Shown one piece after another: positions 38,244 to 47,975 of a stretch of 64,000 nucleotides of DNA. The notes under the pieces are model-generated. The model was given only the letters and a program-made list of their open reading frames with translations. It had not been told where the DNA came from and did no database searches. Source of the stretch: Candidatus Bathyarchaeota archaeon (GTDB lineage Archaea > Thermoproteota > Bathyarchaeia > Bathyarchaeales > WUQV01). Positions within the stretch are counted from its first letter, which is position 1. Each line of letters begins with the position of its first letter. The position numbers and the translations under genes were made by a program. The DNA lies in NCBI GenBank assembly GCA_021158125.1, contig JAGGVF010000012.1, positions 10,879-74,878 of the forward strand, written 5' to 3'.

Positions 38244-39314
38244 GTGAGAGGTATGAGCGGAGATATTACCATAGATTTTAGTCCCTCAAAGCAAGTGTGG
38301 GATGCTTTTTTGTCCGAATTCGGCGTGGGGAATCTTCAGCAATCTTATGAGTATGGTGAGGTAGCCAAGATGATTAATTCTCACACTAGGGTTGTGCGGC
38401 TCTTAGCCTTAGAGGGGGACACGCCAGTAGGCTTAGCACAGGCCAGATACAATAGAAGGTTTGGTTTTGGGGGCCGTTTGGAGATTGGTGGAGTTTATGG
38501 TTATGGACCCGTTGTTGGCGATAGCTTTGACAAAGATAGGGTTTTAATTGAATTAATTACTTCTATGGAGAGATTAGCCGTTAAGGATAGGGTTTGCGAA
38601 TCCTTCGTTTTTACGTTAGAGAGGATTGATGTTTTAGAAAGGCTTGGCTACGCTTTTGAAAAGACTTTTAATGTTTATAGGGTTGGGCTTCAGAATGGGA
38701 TTGAAGACTTATGGAGGCGGATTGCCCATAACAAAAGAAGGAATATTAAAAAGGCACAGTCGCATGGTGTTGATGTAATTTGTAGCACGAAGCTTGGGGA
38801 TTTAGATGCCTTCTATGAAATGCATGCGCTTTCTGGTAAAAGGATTGGGTTCGTCCCCCATCCACATGGATACTTTGCCTCCTTTCTGAAAGTCTTCGGT
38901 GTATCCGGTAGGGTCAGGGTTTTTCTGGCGTTTTTTGGCGGTAAACCTGTTGCCGGCGTTTTTGTCGTCGTTCATGGCGACACTGCGTACGCTTTGGGCG
39001 CTGGCTCCCGTAAAGAAGCTTGGTGCGTTAGACCGAACGATATAGTTCACTGGAAGGCAATGGAGTGGGCGTGTAACGAGGGGCTTTCCTACTATCATAT
39101 GGGTTTTGTTTCTGAACCTCCGCCCAGCCAAGGCTCGGAGGGTTGGGGTCTGTGGAGATGGAAGAGGGAGTGGAATGGAACCCTCCAGAACGTTCATGTT
39201 TACCATAAGGTTTTGATGCCTAGGTTTAAGAAGTTCCTGCTAAACCCCTACGAGAAAGTCTACAATATAGCCAGTAAGCTTCGCTTCTATTTGAGTCGAG
39301 ATGACTTGTTGTGA
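38244..39314 (+). CDS. FemAB/FemX-like GNAT-fold transferase
   Basis: LQQSYEYG, KRRNIKKA, F..FYEM, PNDIVHWKAMEWA, GLWRWKREW. Confidence 0.75.
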   Translation: MRGMSGDITIDFSPSKQVWDAFLSEFGVGNLQQSYEYGEVAKMINSHTRVVRLLALEGDTPVGLAQARYNRRFGFGGRLEIGGVYGYGPVVGDSFDKDRVLIELITSMERLAVKDRVCESFVFTLERIDVLERLGYAFEKTFNVYRVGLQNGIEDLWRRIAHNKRRNIKKAQSHGVDVICSTKLGDLDAFYEMHALSGKRIGFVPHPHGYFASFLKVFGVSGRVRVFLAFFGGKPVAGVFVVVHGDTAYALGAGSRKEAWCVRPNDIVHWKAMEWACNEGLSYYHMGFVSEPPPSQGSEGWGLWRWKREWNGTLQNVHVYHKVLMPRFKKFLLNPYEKVYNIASKLRFYLSRDDLL

Positions 39315-40300
39315 AAAAGGTTAATTTAGGAATTGTAGGGCTAGGTTTTCAAGGAAAAATTCATCTTCGCAATTGCCTTCGTATAGGAAATGCTAAAGTT
39401 TTAGGTGTTGCAGACATTTCTGATAAAGCCTTAAATTACGCTAGGAAATTTGGTGTAAAGAATGTTTACAGAAATTACGAGGATTTACTAAAAGATAAGG
39501 ATTTGGACGCTGTTATTTTAAGTTTACCGAATTTTCTTCATATGGAAAGTGTGGTTAGGGCTGCTGAGGAGGGAAAGGACATCTTTCTTGAAAAGCCCCT
39601 TGCAAGGAATTTGGAAGAAGGGGAGAAAATTGTGTCTGCTGTTGAGAAAGCGGGCGTCAGGTTGATGATGGGTTTTGATTTGAGGTTTCACCCCGTTTTG
39701 AGGGAATTGCGTAATAAAATAGATGAGGGATACTTTGGTGAGGTTCAGGTTGCAGAAGCCACTAATGTCAGCGGTGGCCCCTTCTCTCTGCGAAGCGATA
39801 GATTGGGACCGGTTCCAGTGTCTTCTTGGTGGTTTGAAGAGGAGTTGGTAGGTGGCGGCGCCTTGTTGGATCTTGGCTCCCACATGATTGACTTATTAAC
39901 ATGGTATTTCGGTGAGGTTGATCATGTTGAATGTTTTTTGAAGTACATGTTTAACTTGGATGTTGAAGACGCTGCCACATGTCTTTTAAAGTTTAGGAAG
40001 GGCCCCTTAGCAACCGTTAAGGTGGGATGGTTTTCTAAGGACTTTATACAGTCAATTCAATTGTGCGGAACTGCGAGGAATTTATATGTGCCCATATCCG
40101 GCTCTAAAGCTTTAGGTAAGATTTGGAAGGACTTAAAAAGGAAGGTTGGTTTGTACAATTCTGATCCCTACTATTTAGAGATTAAATACTTTGTAAACTG
40201 CCTACAGAGAGATGAAAACCCTGTCCCTTCTGAAAAGGAAGGCTTAAAATCCTTACGGCTGATTTTAAGTGCCTATGAAAGCTATCGTAAAAACTCGTGA
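39311..40300 (+). CDS. Gfo/Idh/MocA oxidoreductase
   Basis: IVGLGFQG, FLEKPLA, GFDLRF, GGGALLDLGSHMID. Confidence 0.88.
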   Translation: MKKVNLGIVGLGFQGKIHLRNCLRIGNAKVLGVADISDKALNYARKFGVKNVYRNYEDLLKDKDLDAVILSLPNFLHMESVVRAAEEGKDIFLEKPLARNLEEGEKIVSAVEKAGVRLMMGFDLRFHPVLRELRNKIDEGYFGEVQVAEATNVSGGPFSLRSDRLGPVPVSSWWFEEELVGGGALLDLGSHMIDLLTWYFGEVDHVECFLKYMFNLDVEDAATCLLKFRKGPLATVKVGWFSKDFIQSIQLCGTARNLYVPISGSKALGKIWKDLKRKVGLYNSDPYYLEIKYFVNCLQRDENPVPSEKEGLKSLRLILSAYESYRKNS

Positions 40301-40315
40301 AAACATGATGCGAGA

Positions 40316-41206
40316 TTGGGTATTTTGAGTAAAGTAAGCTTTGTTAAAGCCTCTAATGGCGATCGTGAAGCCGTAAAGGAGGCTATGTTGAAATCTTTGA
40401 GATTGATAAATTTTGAGTTTAATAGAAATGTCGAGAAAATAGTCATTAAACCTAACATGTGCTATTACTTTCATCCCTCGACGGGCGAAGTGACAGATCC
40501 ACGGTTTGTCAGCGTTTTGATTGATGTTTTAAGGGGAGGATTCGGAAAAGATGTGGAAATATTTGTTGTAGAGTCGGACGCGTCTGCAATGAAGTGCAAA
40601 TACGTCTTTCACATGCTTGGGTATGATGTGATGGCTAAAGAAAAGGATGTTAGGCTCGTTAATTTAAGCGAAGAAAAATATAGAATTGTAAATGTTCAAC
40701 TAAATAAAGCGGATTTTAATTTTCATGTTCCAGAGCTCTTTTACGATTGTGATTTGGTGATTAACGTTCCTAAGTTGAAGTATATGACGGATGTGAAGAT
40801 CACTTGTGCCTTAAAAAACATGTTTGGATGTAACGCCTACGCCAAGAAATTTATTTATCATCATGCTTTAAACGAGGCAATTGTTGCGATTAACAAGCTG
40901 ATTAAAACGGATTTGGTGGTCGTTGATGGTTTAGTTGTTAGTGGAAGATACACCAAAAAATTAAATTTGGTGATGTCAAGCATGGATCCGGTCGCCTTAG
41001 ACGCAGCCGCATCTAAAATATTGGGATTCAACCCAAAATCTGTGAAGCAAATAGTTTTGGCCTCTCAGGTGGGGTTAGGTTCCATAGACTTTACTCCTGT
41101 TGGAGATTATTATTACGCGATTAGAGAGTTTCCAAGAAAGAGATGGAAAGATAATGTGCGGGATGCAATTGCAGCTGTGTATTTACGTGTTTTTCGTGAA
41201 ACCTAG
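40316..41206 (+). CDS. DUF362-family protein
   Basis: IVIKPN, VTDP, VINVPKLK, CALKNMFG, DPVALDA. Confidence 0.8.
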   Translation: MGILSKVSFVKASNGDREAVKEAMLKSLRLINFEFNRNVEKIVIKPNMCYYFHPSTGEVTDPRFVSVLIDVLRGGFGKDVEIFVVESDASAMKCKYVFHMLGYDVMAKEKDVRLVNLSEEKYRIVNVQLNKADFNFHVPELFYDCDLVINVPKLKYMTDVKITCALKNMFGCNAYAKKFIYHHALNEAIVAINKLIKTDLVVVDGLVVSGRYTKKLNLVMSSMDPVALDAAASKILGFNPKSVKQIVLASQVGLGSIDFTPVGDYYYAIREFPRKRWKDNVRDAIAAVYLRVFRET

Positions 41207-41221
41207 CCTTTTAAGAGGATA

Positions 41222-42388
41222 ATGAGCTTGAGGGTGAACCAGGTTAACGATTTTGATGCTTTAAGAGAAGAATGGAACACTTTTTTAAAAAAGAACATTT
41301 TAGGGGACAATGTGTTCCTTACATGGGAATGGCTGTCTACTTGGTGGAAGTATTTTGGTGAGCGAAGAAAACTTCTTCTCTTGACCGTTGAAGATGAAAA
41401 TAAAATTGTCGCAATTGCCCCGCTTATGCTTTCAAAGTATAAATTACCGTTTTTGGGAAGCGTCAAAAAAATAGAGTTCTTGGGGGTTAGGCACTCAGAT
41501 TATAACAATTTTATTATTTCCGAGAAGGAAAGAGAATGTATGAGACTGATTACGGACTATCTGATTGATGTTATTGCTGATTGGGATTGGATTGAGCTTA
41601 AAGAAATCCCAGAAAACGCTGAAAACTTTGATGTTTTGGAAAAATTATTCTCAGACGTTTCACCAGATTTAAAAATTAGAAAAAGAGTATGTAACGTATG
41701 CCCTTATATCCCTCTGCCAGACTCATTCGATCTTTTAATGAAAAGATTGAAGAAGAATATGAGGCAAAACCTGAATAAGTATTTGAGGAGAATTAAGAAG
41801 CATCATAAAGTAGAATTAAAGCGATACGACGAGGGTGGTTTTAGCGTTAAAGAGGGAATGAAAGTTTTTTTTGAGCTTCATGAAAAACGGTGGGCTTTAA
41901 AGGGTTTGCCCGGGGCCTTCAAAAGTGAAAAGGCCTTTCTGAACTTTCATATGGATATTGCTCAACTTTTCGCAGATAAAGGTTGGTTAGGTCTTTATTT
42001 TTTAATGGCAAATGATGAACCTATAGCGGCTCAGTACAACTTTGAATACTATAGAAAAATGTATTATTATCTTGGCGGGTTTAATCCGCAATTTTCTAAC
42101 TATTCGGTCGGCAACTTGCTAACGATGTTTGTTTTAGATAGATGTATCCGGAGGGGATTCAAGGAGTATGATATGATGAGAGGTAATGAGCAGTATAAGC
42201 TGTTTTGGACAAATACTTGCAGAAGAAATTTTGAAGTAAGGCTGGTGCCAAACGGATTGACAAGAAAATTCTATGATTGGTTGACATGGAGTAGTACCGT
42301 TAGTAGTTTAGCGGGAAAACTGAAACTCTCATTAAAAAGAGAGATTATGTCTAATAATAGTTCTTCGGGGCATTTTGATGAGCAATAA
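41222..42388 (+). CDS. GNAT (CelD/BcsL-like, Acetyltransf_6) transferase
   Basis: FLTWEWLSTWW, IAPLM, SDYN, SVGNLL, YDMMRGNEQYK. Confidence 0.85.
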   Translation: MSLRVNQVNDFDALREEWNTFLKKNILGDNVFLTWEWLSTWWKYFGERRKLLLLTVEDENKIVAIAPLMLSKYKLPFLGSVKKIEFLGVRHSDYNNFIISEKERECMRLITDYLIDVIADWDWIELKEIPENAENFDVLEKLFSDVSPDLKIRKRVCNVCPYIPLPDSFDLLMKRLKKNMRQNLNKYLRRIKKHHKVELKRYDEGGFSVKEGMKVFFELHEKRWALKGLPGAFKSEKAFLNFHMDIAQLFADKGWLGLYFLMANDEPIAAQYNFEYYRKMYYYLGGFNPQFSNYSVGNLLTMFVLDRCIRRGFKEYDMMRGNEQYKLFWTNTCRRNFEVRLVPNGLTRKFYDWLTWSSTVSSLAGKLKLSLKREIMSNNSSSGHFDEQ

Positions 42389-43094
42389 AAAGAGGATTAT
42401 AGTCTTCGCGCCCCATCCAGACGATGAAACATTTGGCTGCGGGGGCACAATAGCCAAGAAGATAAGCGAGGGGCATGAAGTTTATGTAGTTATTATGACA
42501 GATGGAAGATACGCGTTTCTCAATGTTTTAGGCATAGAAAAGGATCCGACTCCTGAAGAGCTTAAAGAGATCAGAATGCAAGAGGTTAAAAAGGCAACGG
42601 AAATTCTCGGAGTCCCTGAAGGTAATTTGATTTTTCTGAATTTTATCGACGGAACCCTAGAAGATAATAAGGAAGCCGCTGAAGAAAAGGTAATTAATAT
42701 TTTACGCGAAAAACGTCCTGATGAAGTTTATTTACCATATAGGGGGGATGGCCACCCAGATCACCGCGCCGCGTACAAAATTGTAAAAAATGCGATTAGA
42801 AAACTGCAAATTTCTCCCGTCTGCTATGAATACTCGATTACGCATAGGTTTGCCCGGCTTGGGCGCTTAATTGATGCCTTTCTTGATTTTGTTTTTGGGA
42901 TCAAAAAGGTATATGTCGATATTTCAGAATTTCTGGACGTTAAAAAGCTTGCGATTATGAAATTTAAATCCGAGTTGACGGTTGTTTCGGCTAGGCAGCG
43001 TAAACCTATCGTAGCCAGTGTTGAAAAGTTTGAAAATAACGGAGAAATGTTTCGCGTAGAGAAAAAATGCTACAAAAAATCTGATTTAACTTAG
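42375..43094 (+). CDS. PIG-L family deacetylase
   Basis: APHPDDETFGCGG, TDG, HPDH. Confidence 0.9.
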   Translation: MMSNKKRIIVFAPHPDDETFGCGGTIAKKISEGHEVYVVIMTDGRYAFLNVLGIEKDPTPEELKEIRMQEVKKATEILGVPEGNLIFLNFIDGTLEDNKEAAEEKVINILREKRPDEVYLPYRGDGHPDHRAAYKIVKNAIRKLQISPVCYEYSITHRFARLGRLIDAFLDFVFGIKKVYVDISEFLDVKKLAIMKFKSELTVVSARQRKPIVASVEKFENNGEMFRVEKKCYKKSDLT

Positions 43095-43109
43095 AAGTAG
43101 CGATTTGAA

Positions 43110-44222
43110 ATGTTAGAGTTTATATTTTTATGTTTTCTCTCCATGTTCTTAGGAACTTACCTAGCTTACTTTTTCTATATTAGAAAACATGTTAGAAGGA
43201 CTTGGGATATTAAGGTAGATGAAAGATTCGAGCCTGAAGTATCAATTTTAATTCCTGTTCATAATGAAGAAGCAAATATTGAGTCGAAGCTAGAAAATAT
43301 AAAGAAGGTTTCGTATCCGAGAGAGAAAATGGAAATAATAGTCGTGGACGACGCTTCAAACGACAGAACCATCGAAAAAATTGAGAATTTTATGCAGAAG
43401 CACTCGAAGTTAAATATTAGACTAGTGAGGCAGAATCCGCGAGCTGGAAAATCGGCGGCGTTGAACAAAGCATTACGCGTATCTACTAAACCTATTGTGA
43501 TAGTTTCTGATGCTGACACGAAATGGCCTCCAGATATTCTTCGAAAGGCACTGCCCTTTTTGGCTGATCCAAAAGTTGGCGCCGTTACTGGAAGAGGCGT
43601 GAATACGAACGTCAAAACGTCTTGGGTGACTAAAGCTGAAGAATCGTACCTTCAACTTGCCAATTTTATTAGGCTTGGTGAATCAAAAATCCATTCAACT
43701 ATAAGATTTGAAGGCGGATTCTGCGCTTATAAGCGCGATGCTTTTGATGCCTTTGATTGCGAAACAGGCTCTGATGATTCCGGAACTGCGTTAAAAGTTG
43801 TTTCTAGAGGCTACCGAAGCATAATGGCTCCAGAAATAGTGTTTTATACAAGCTTTCCGCCAAGCTTCCTTGCAAAATTCAAAATTAAGCTTCGACGAGC
43901 TAATCAACTAATAGGTTTGTGGATTAAATGTCTAAAGCTCCTCTTAAAAAGGCGACTCTCTCTGCCTAAAAGAATAGCGATACCAGAAATAACTTTATTC
44001 ATCTTTGATCCTATAATCTTACTCATATCAATTCTTAGCGGTGTAGCCTTAATAGTACTGAATCCGCTTTCTCCACTTAGCCTAGCGATTATCTTCTCTG
44101 TATTGGGATTGACGATTTTCGCGAGGCATGTTTTCGTTGAACTTATCATTGACAACATAATTCTGATAAGTGCTTTAATGACGTACATATTCAGGCGGCG
44201 ATATGTCGCCTGGGGAAAATGA
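43110..44222 (+). CDS. GT2 glycosyltransferase with TM segments
   Basis: LIPVHNEE, VVDDAS, GKSAALN, SDAD. Confidence 0.88.
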   Translation: MLEFIFLCFLSMFLGTYLAYFFYIRKHVRRTWDIKVDERFEPEVSILIPVHNEEANIESKLENIKKVSYPREKMEIIVVDDASNDRTIEKIENFMQKHSKLNIRLVRQNPRAGKSAALNKALRVSTKPIVIVSDADTKWPPDILRKALPFLADPKVGAVTGRGVNTNVKTSWVTKAEESYLQLANFIRLGESKIHSTIRFEGGFCAYKRDAFDAFDCETGSDDSGTALKVVSRGYRSIMAPEIVFYTSFPPSFLAKFKIKLRRANQLIGLWIKCLKLLLKRRLSLPKRIAIPEITLFIFDPIILLISILSGVALIVLNPLSPLSLAIIFSVLGLTIFARHVFVELIIDNIILISALMTYIFRRRYVAWGK

Positions 44223-44278
44223 ATCAGCGATCTAGTGGTGGATTTGTTGAGTTTAGTTGGATTGGTTGAATGTAAAGA

Positions 44279-44596
44279 TTGAAGGTTAAGGATGAAGTTT
44301 TCGAGTTTTTAGTTCCTAAAGTAATTAAAAATGCTGATTTACGCGTGAATGTTCCGAAAGTGAAGTATATGACTTTCACAAAAATTTCGTGTGCTTTAAA
44401 AAATATTTTTGGCTGTAATCCTTACCCGAAAAAGTTCAAGTATCATCCTAAACTTGACGAGGTTATTGTCGCATTAAACAAGATTATGCCGTTCGATTTA
44501 TATTTTCTTGACGGTTTGATTGTTTGCGGTTCAAAAACTCTAAAGTTGGGACTTATAATGGCAAGTCAAGATCCGGTTGCAATGGATGCGGGTTGA
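44279..44596 (+). pseudogene. Internal fragment of a second DUF362 gene
   Basis: Aligns only to the middle of 40316-41206 (NVPKVKYM..ISCALKNIFGC...DPVAMDA); in-frame TAA just upstream, early stop. Confidence 0.7.
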
Positions 44597-45491
44597 TGTG
44601 ACTAAGCCTGTTGTGACAATTGGTATTTGCGTTAGGAATTGTGCTGGTACTTTACGTGACGCTATTGAAAGTGTTATGTCACAAGACTACCCGCATGAAC
44701 TCATAGAAGTAATCTTTGTTGATGACGGAAGCGAGGACGATACCCTCTCTATAATTGAAGAATATCGTGGAAAAATGGATATGAAAGTGAATATCTTTCA
44801 TCACAGATGGAAGGGACTTGGTTATTCTAGAAATGTTGTAGTATGGAATGCTTCTGGAAAATATATTATTTGGGTCGATGGTGATATGATCTTACCAAAG
44901 AGTCACGTTAGAAAACAAGTAGAATTCATGGAAAAAAATGTGAATGTAGGAATTGCTAAGGCGAAGCATGGTTTTTTCCCAAGAAATAAATTAGTCGCTG
45001 TATTGGAGAATTTACCTTACATGGTTTTGGATTATGAAAGTAATAAGGTTAAGCTAGGAATGCTTGGAACAGGAGGGTCAATCTACCGTGTTGAAGCTAT
45101 AAGAGAAGTGGGGGGTTTTGATGAAAGTATAAAGGGAGCTGGTGAAGATCTGGATGCAGCAAGACGAATATTAATGAAAGGTTGGCAATTTGGGCGCTCA
45201 AACGCAATGTTTTTTGAACGACGAAGAGAGACGTGGAAAGCTCTCTGGACTGAATATTTTTGGTGGGGATACAGCATGCGTCAAGTACTAAAGGAGAATA
45301 AAGGTCTTGTTATTCTTTATAAAATGACACCTTTATTTGGTTTTCTTGCAGGAATTTTATATTCCCTCAAGGCCTATAAGTTAACTCGTTGGAAATCAGC
45401 TTTTTTGCTTCCTCTTCAGTTTATTTTTAAGCTTACTGCTTGGTGGGTAGGCTATATAAAAAGTCGCGCTAAATTTGGAGAGTTAAAGTAG
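44577..45491 (+). CDS. GT2 glycosyltransferase
   Basis: VDDGSED, IWVDGD, GFDESIKGAGED; true start may be 44586 or 44598. Confidence 0.88.
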   Translation: MQWMRVDVTKPVVTIGICVRNCAGTLRDAIESVMSQDYPHELIEVIFVDDGSEDDTLSIIEEYRGKMDMKVNIFHHRWKGLGYSRNVVVWNASGKYIIWVDGDMILPKSHVRKQVEFMEKNVNVGIAKAKHGFFPRNKLVAVLENLPYMVLDYESNKVKLGMLGTGGSIYRVEAIREVGGFDESIKGAGEDLDAARRILMKGWQFGRSNAMFFERRRETWKALWTEYFWWGYSMRQVLKENKGLVILYKMTPLFGFLAGILYSLKAYKLTRWKSAFLLPLQFIFKLTAWWVGYIKSRAKFGELK

Positions 45492-45554
45492 CAAGTGCTT
45501 CAGCGTCTGATAGTGAGTTAAAATAGTCTGCTACTTTCCCGTGGAAGTTCTATC

Positions 45555-46466
45555 ATGAAGAGAAAATTTAAAGTAACCTTAGGTCTATGTGTTAAGAACG
45601 TTGAGAAAACTATTTCGTACACTATGTACAGTATACTTAATCAAAGGTTTCCCCACGAATTAATTGAATTAATTATCGTAGACGGACAAAGTCAGGATAA
45701 CACTATGAAAATCATTAATCGCTTTCTTTCAATATCTAAGATTAAAAGTAAGGTTTTCTTTGAGAATAAAGGGTTAGGTTTTGCCAGACAAAAAGTTGTG
45801 GACAATGCTTCGGCAGATTATATAATATGGGTCGATGGTGACGTGATCCTGCCTTACGATTATGTAGAAAAGCAAGTGAAATTTATGGATAAGCATCCTC
45901 GTGTGGCAATTGGTAGGGCTAGATATGGCATTTGGCCTCGAGCTAACATCATAGGTTTTTTGGAGAATATTCCCTTTGTGATAGAAACCCTAAAGCATGA
46001 TGGAGAAGTCCCTTTAGGAATCTGCGGCATTGCAGGAGCTATTTATAGGCTTGATGCAATAAGAGAAGCTAGTGGTTTCGATACGAATATTAAAGGTGCT
46101 GGTGAAGATACGGATCTGGCATATCGAATAATTGCAAAGGGGTGGTCAGCACGTCTAACTTCCGCAGTTTTCTATGAAATACGCAAAGAAAATTGGAAAG
46201 ACCTTTGGAAGGAGTACGATTGGTTGGGTTACGGTGGACATTTTATCTTTCATAAAAATACATCAATAATTAACCTTTACAAGATGACGCCCCTAGCAGG
46301 ATTTTTAGCAGGAGCTTTGAAATTGCCATTTGCATATATGTTAACGCATAAAAAGTGTGCAGCTTTATTGCCTTTCCATTATGCTTTCAAAAGGCTGGCA
46401 TGGTGTATAGGTTTTTTGAAAGCTCATTTTGATGGCTATGGGCATAGTCCTAATAAGCAAGTATAA
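45555..46466 (+). CDS. GT2 glycosyltransferase, paralog of preceding gene
   Basis: VDGQSQD, IWVDGD, GFDTNIKGAGED. Confidence 0.88.
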   Translation: MKRKFKVTLGLCVKNVEKTISYTMYSILNQRFPHELIELIIVDGQSQDNTMKIINRFLSISKIKSKVFFENKGLGFARQKVVDNASADYIIWVDGDVILPYDYVEKQVKFMDKHPRVAIGRARYGIWPRANIIGFLENIPFVIETLKHDGEVPLGICGIAGAIYRLDAIREASGFDTNIKGAGEDTDLAYRIIAKGWSARLTSAVFYEIRKENWKDLWKEYDWLGYGGHFIFHKNTSIINLYKMTPLAGFLAGALKLPFAYMLTHKKCAALLPFHYAFKRLAWCIGFLKAHFDGYGHSPNKQV

Positions 46467-46484
46467 AACTTACGAGTAAAAAGT

Positions 46485-47840
46485 TTAAGTAGCTCCTGAG
46501 ACAATCATTTCCTTCAATATCTGACCACCCTCATTCGGCGTAAAATTTGGGGCGCCTGAATGCAAGCGGAAGATGCCAGTTTCTCTCCACCAGAAAGCAA
46601 CATAACTAAGTTCCCACTCATTAAGAATTGCTAGGAAGCTCCGCCAAGCAGTCATCTCATGCTGGTATTCATCTCCCGACCAATCCATGTCGCAGCCACA
46701 TTCGCCAATTATTAAAGGCACATTTAATGTCTCACCAGCCCAATTAATTCCTTCATGCTCCAAAGCAACTTTAATATGGTCATACAAATACGGGAAGCTT
46801 GACCCATATTTTTCTTTTACGGATGGGGTAATGTACTGTCCAAAGCCGCCGTAAACTCTGTACACATGCGTGCTGTAAATCAAATTTCCTTCAGGGTCAG
46901 TAAGGTTTGAAGTGGCCGCTTGAAGCCAGTCATTAATAGGTTCACCCCAAGCGGCAAACGGTTGGCCTTGGTCGTCCTCGTAAACGTTGCAGTAAACGCC
47001 CATTTGCCACTGAAAAATTATCGGCTGGCTGGCTCCCGCTGCACGTATTGCGTTAATGCATAGTTGAGAACAGTTAAGCCATTCATTGAAGGCTGTGGGA
47101 GGGTCATTTCTGTTCGGTTCGTTCCACAGTTCAAACAGCACGTTCGGGTAATCCTTCAGTTCACCAGCTAACTCGCCCCACCAATCAGCGAAGTCCTGTT
47201 GGCTACCTATTATTGTGTCGGCGTCCGGGCTTCTTTGATAGGGGGGAAACGGCAACTGGTCTGGTTCAGCGCCCGTCCAGTAACATCTTATTGACCACGG
47301 AGCAATAATAACGTACATTCCTTTTTCCTCTGCAAAAGACAAAAGCCTTTTTATAGCTTCTCTGGCTGAAATGCTACAGTGTGGTGACGCTGGATGCCCA
47401 GAATCTGGGCCGATGTCGTATTTCACCAGTTCAACAGAAATAAATACACGAATAACGTTGATACCCCAACTTTTCATGACGTCAAGCTCCGCTTTAACAT
47501 TCTCATCTTTCCATAAAGTGTCCCCCATCCAAATGCCATCCGGGTCATCCACCATTTCAGCTTTATTTACACCCCTCAGTAAAACAACCTGGTTAAAGGA
47601 ATTCTTAATGTACCTCCCTTCAACATGTAATGGCGGAATTGTTCCTATTATGCCTGAATTCTTCACAGTTTCTTTGTCTGTTAAAATGGAAAACGAACTT
47701 GATGAGATTATTAATGCTGATGTAAGGATCGATATTACTACAACACTATAGAACCTTTCGTTTCTTAACGATTTGTAGTTTGATTTAATCCACATATTTG
47801 CCTTATGTAAAGCATCTTTCAGATTTTTAATTCTATGCAT
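46485..47840 (-). CDS. Membrane-anchored GH5 (cellulase superfamily) glycoside hydrolase
   Basis: N-terminal TM, LRGVN, FELWNEP acid/base, STHVY, IIGECG nucleophile, AFWW. Confidence 0.82.
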   Translation of the reverse strand: MHRIKNLKDALHKANMWIKSNYKSLRNERFYSVVVISILTSALIISSSSFSILTDKETVKNSGIIGTIPPLHVEGRYIKNSFNQVVLLRGVNKAEMVDDPDGIWMGDTLWKDENVKAELDVMKSWGINVIRVFISVELVKYDIGPDSGHPASPHCSISAREAIKRLLSFAEEKGMYVIIAPWSIRCYWTGAEPDQLPFPPYQRSPDADTIIGSQQDFADWWGELAGELKDYPNVLFELWNEPNRNDPPTAFNEWLNCSQLCINAIRAAGASQPIIFQWQMGVYCNVYEDDQGQPFAAWGEPINDWLQAATSNLTDPEGNLIYSTHVYRVYGGFGQYITPSVKEKYGSSFPYLYDHIKVALEHEGINWAGETLNVPLIIGECGCDMDWSGDEYQHEMTAWRSFLAILNEWELSYVAFWWRETGIFRLHSGAPNFTPNEGGQILKEMIVSGAT

Positions 47841-47975
47841 TATTTACTTTCCTCTTAATTATTAATGTATACTCGCTAATACATATATAGGCTGGGGCGA
47901 GTGTAATAAATCTTATGTCTTGCGATATTATATTGCCCCTTTAATTTTATTGACTCACTAGAAGAAGTGTAGCCA

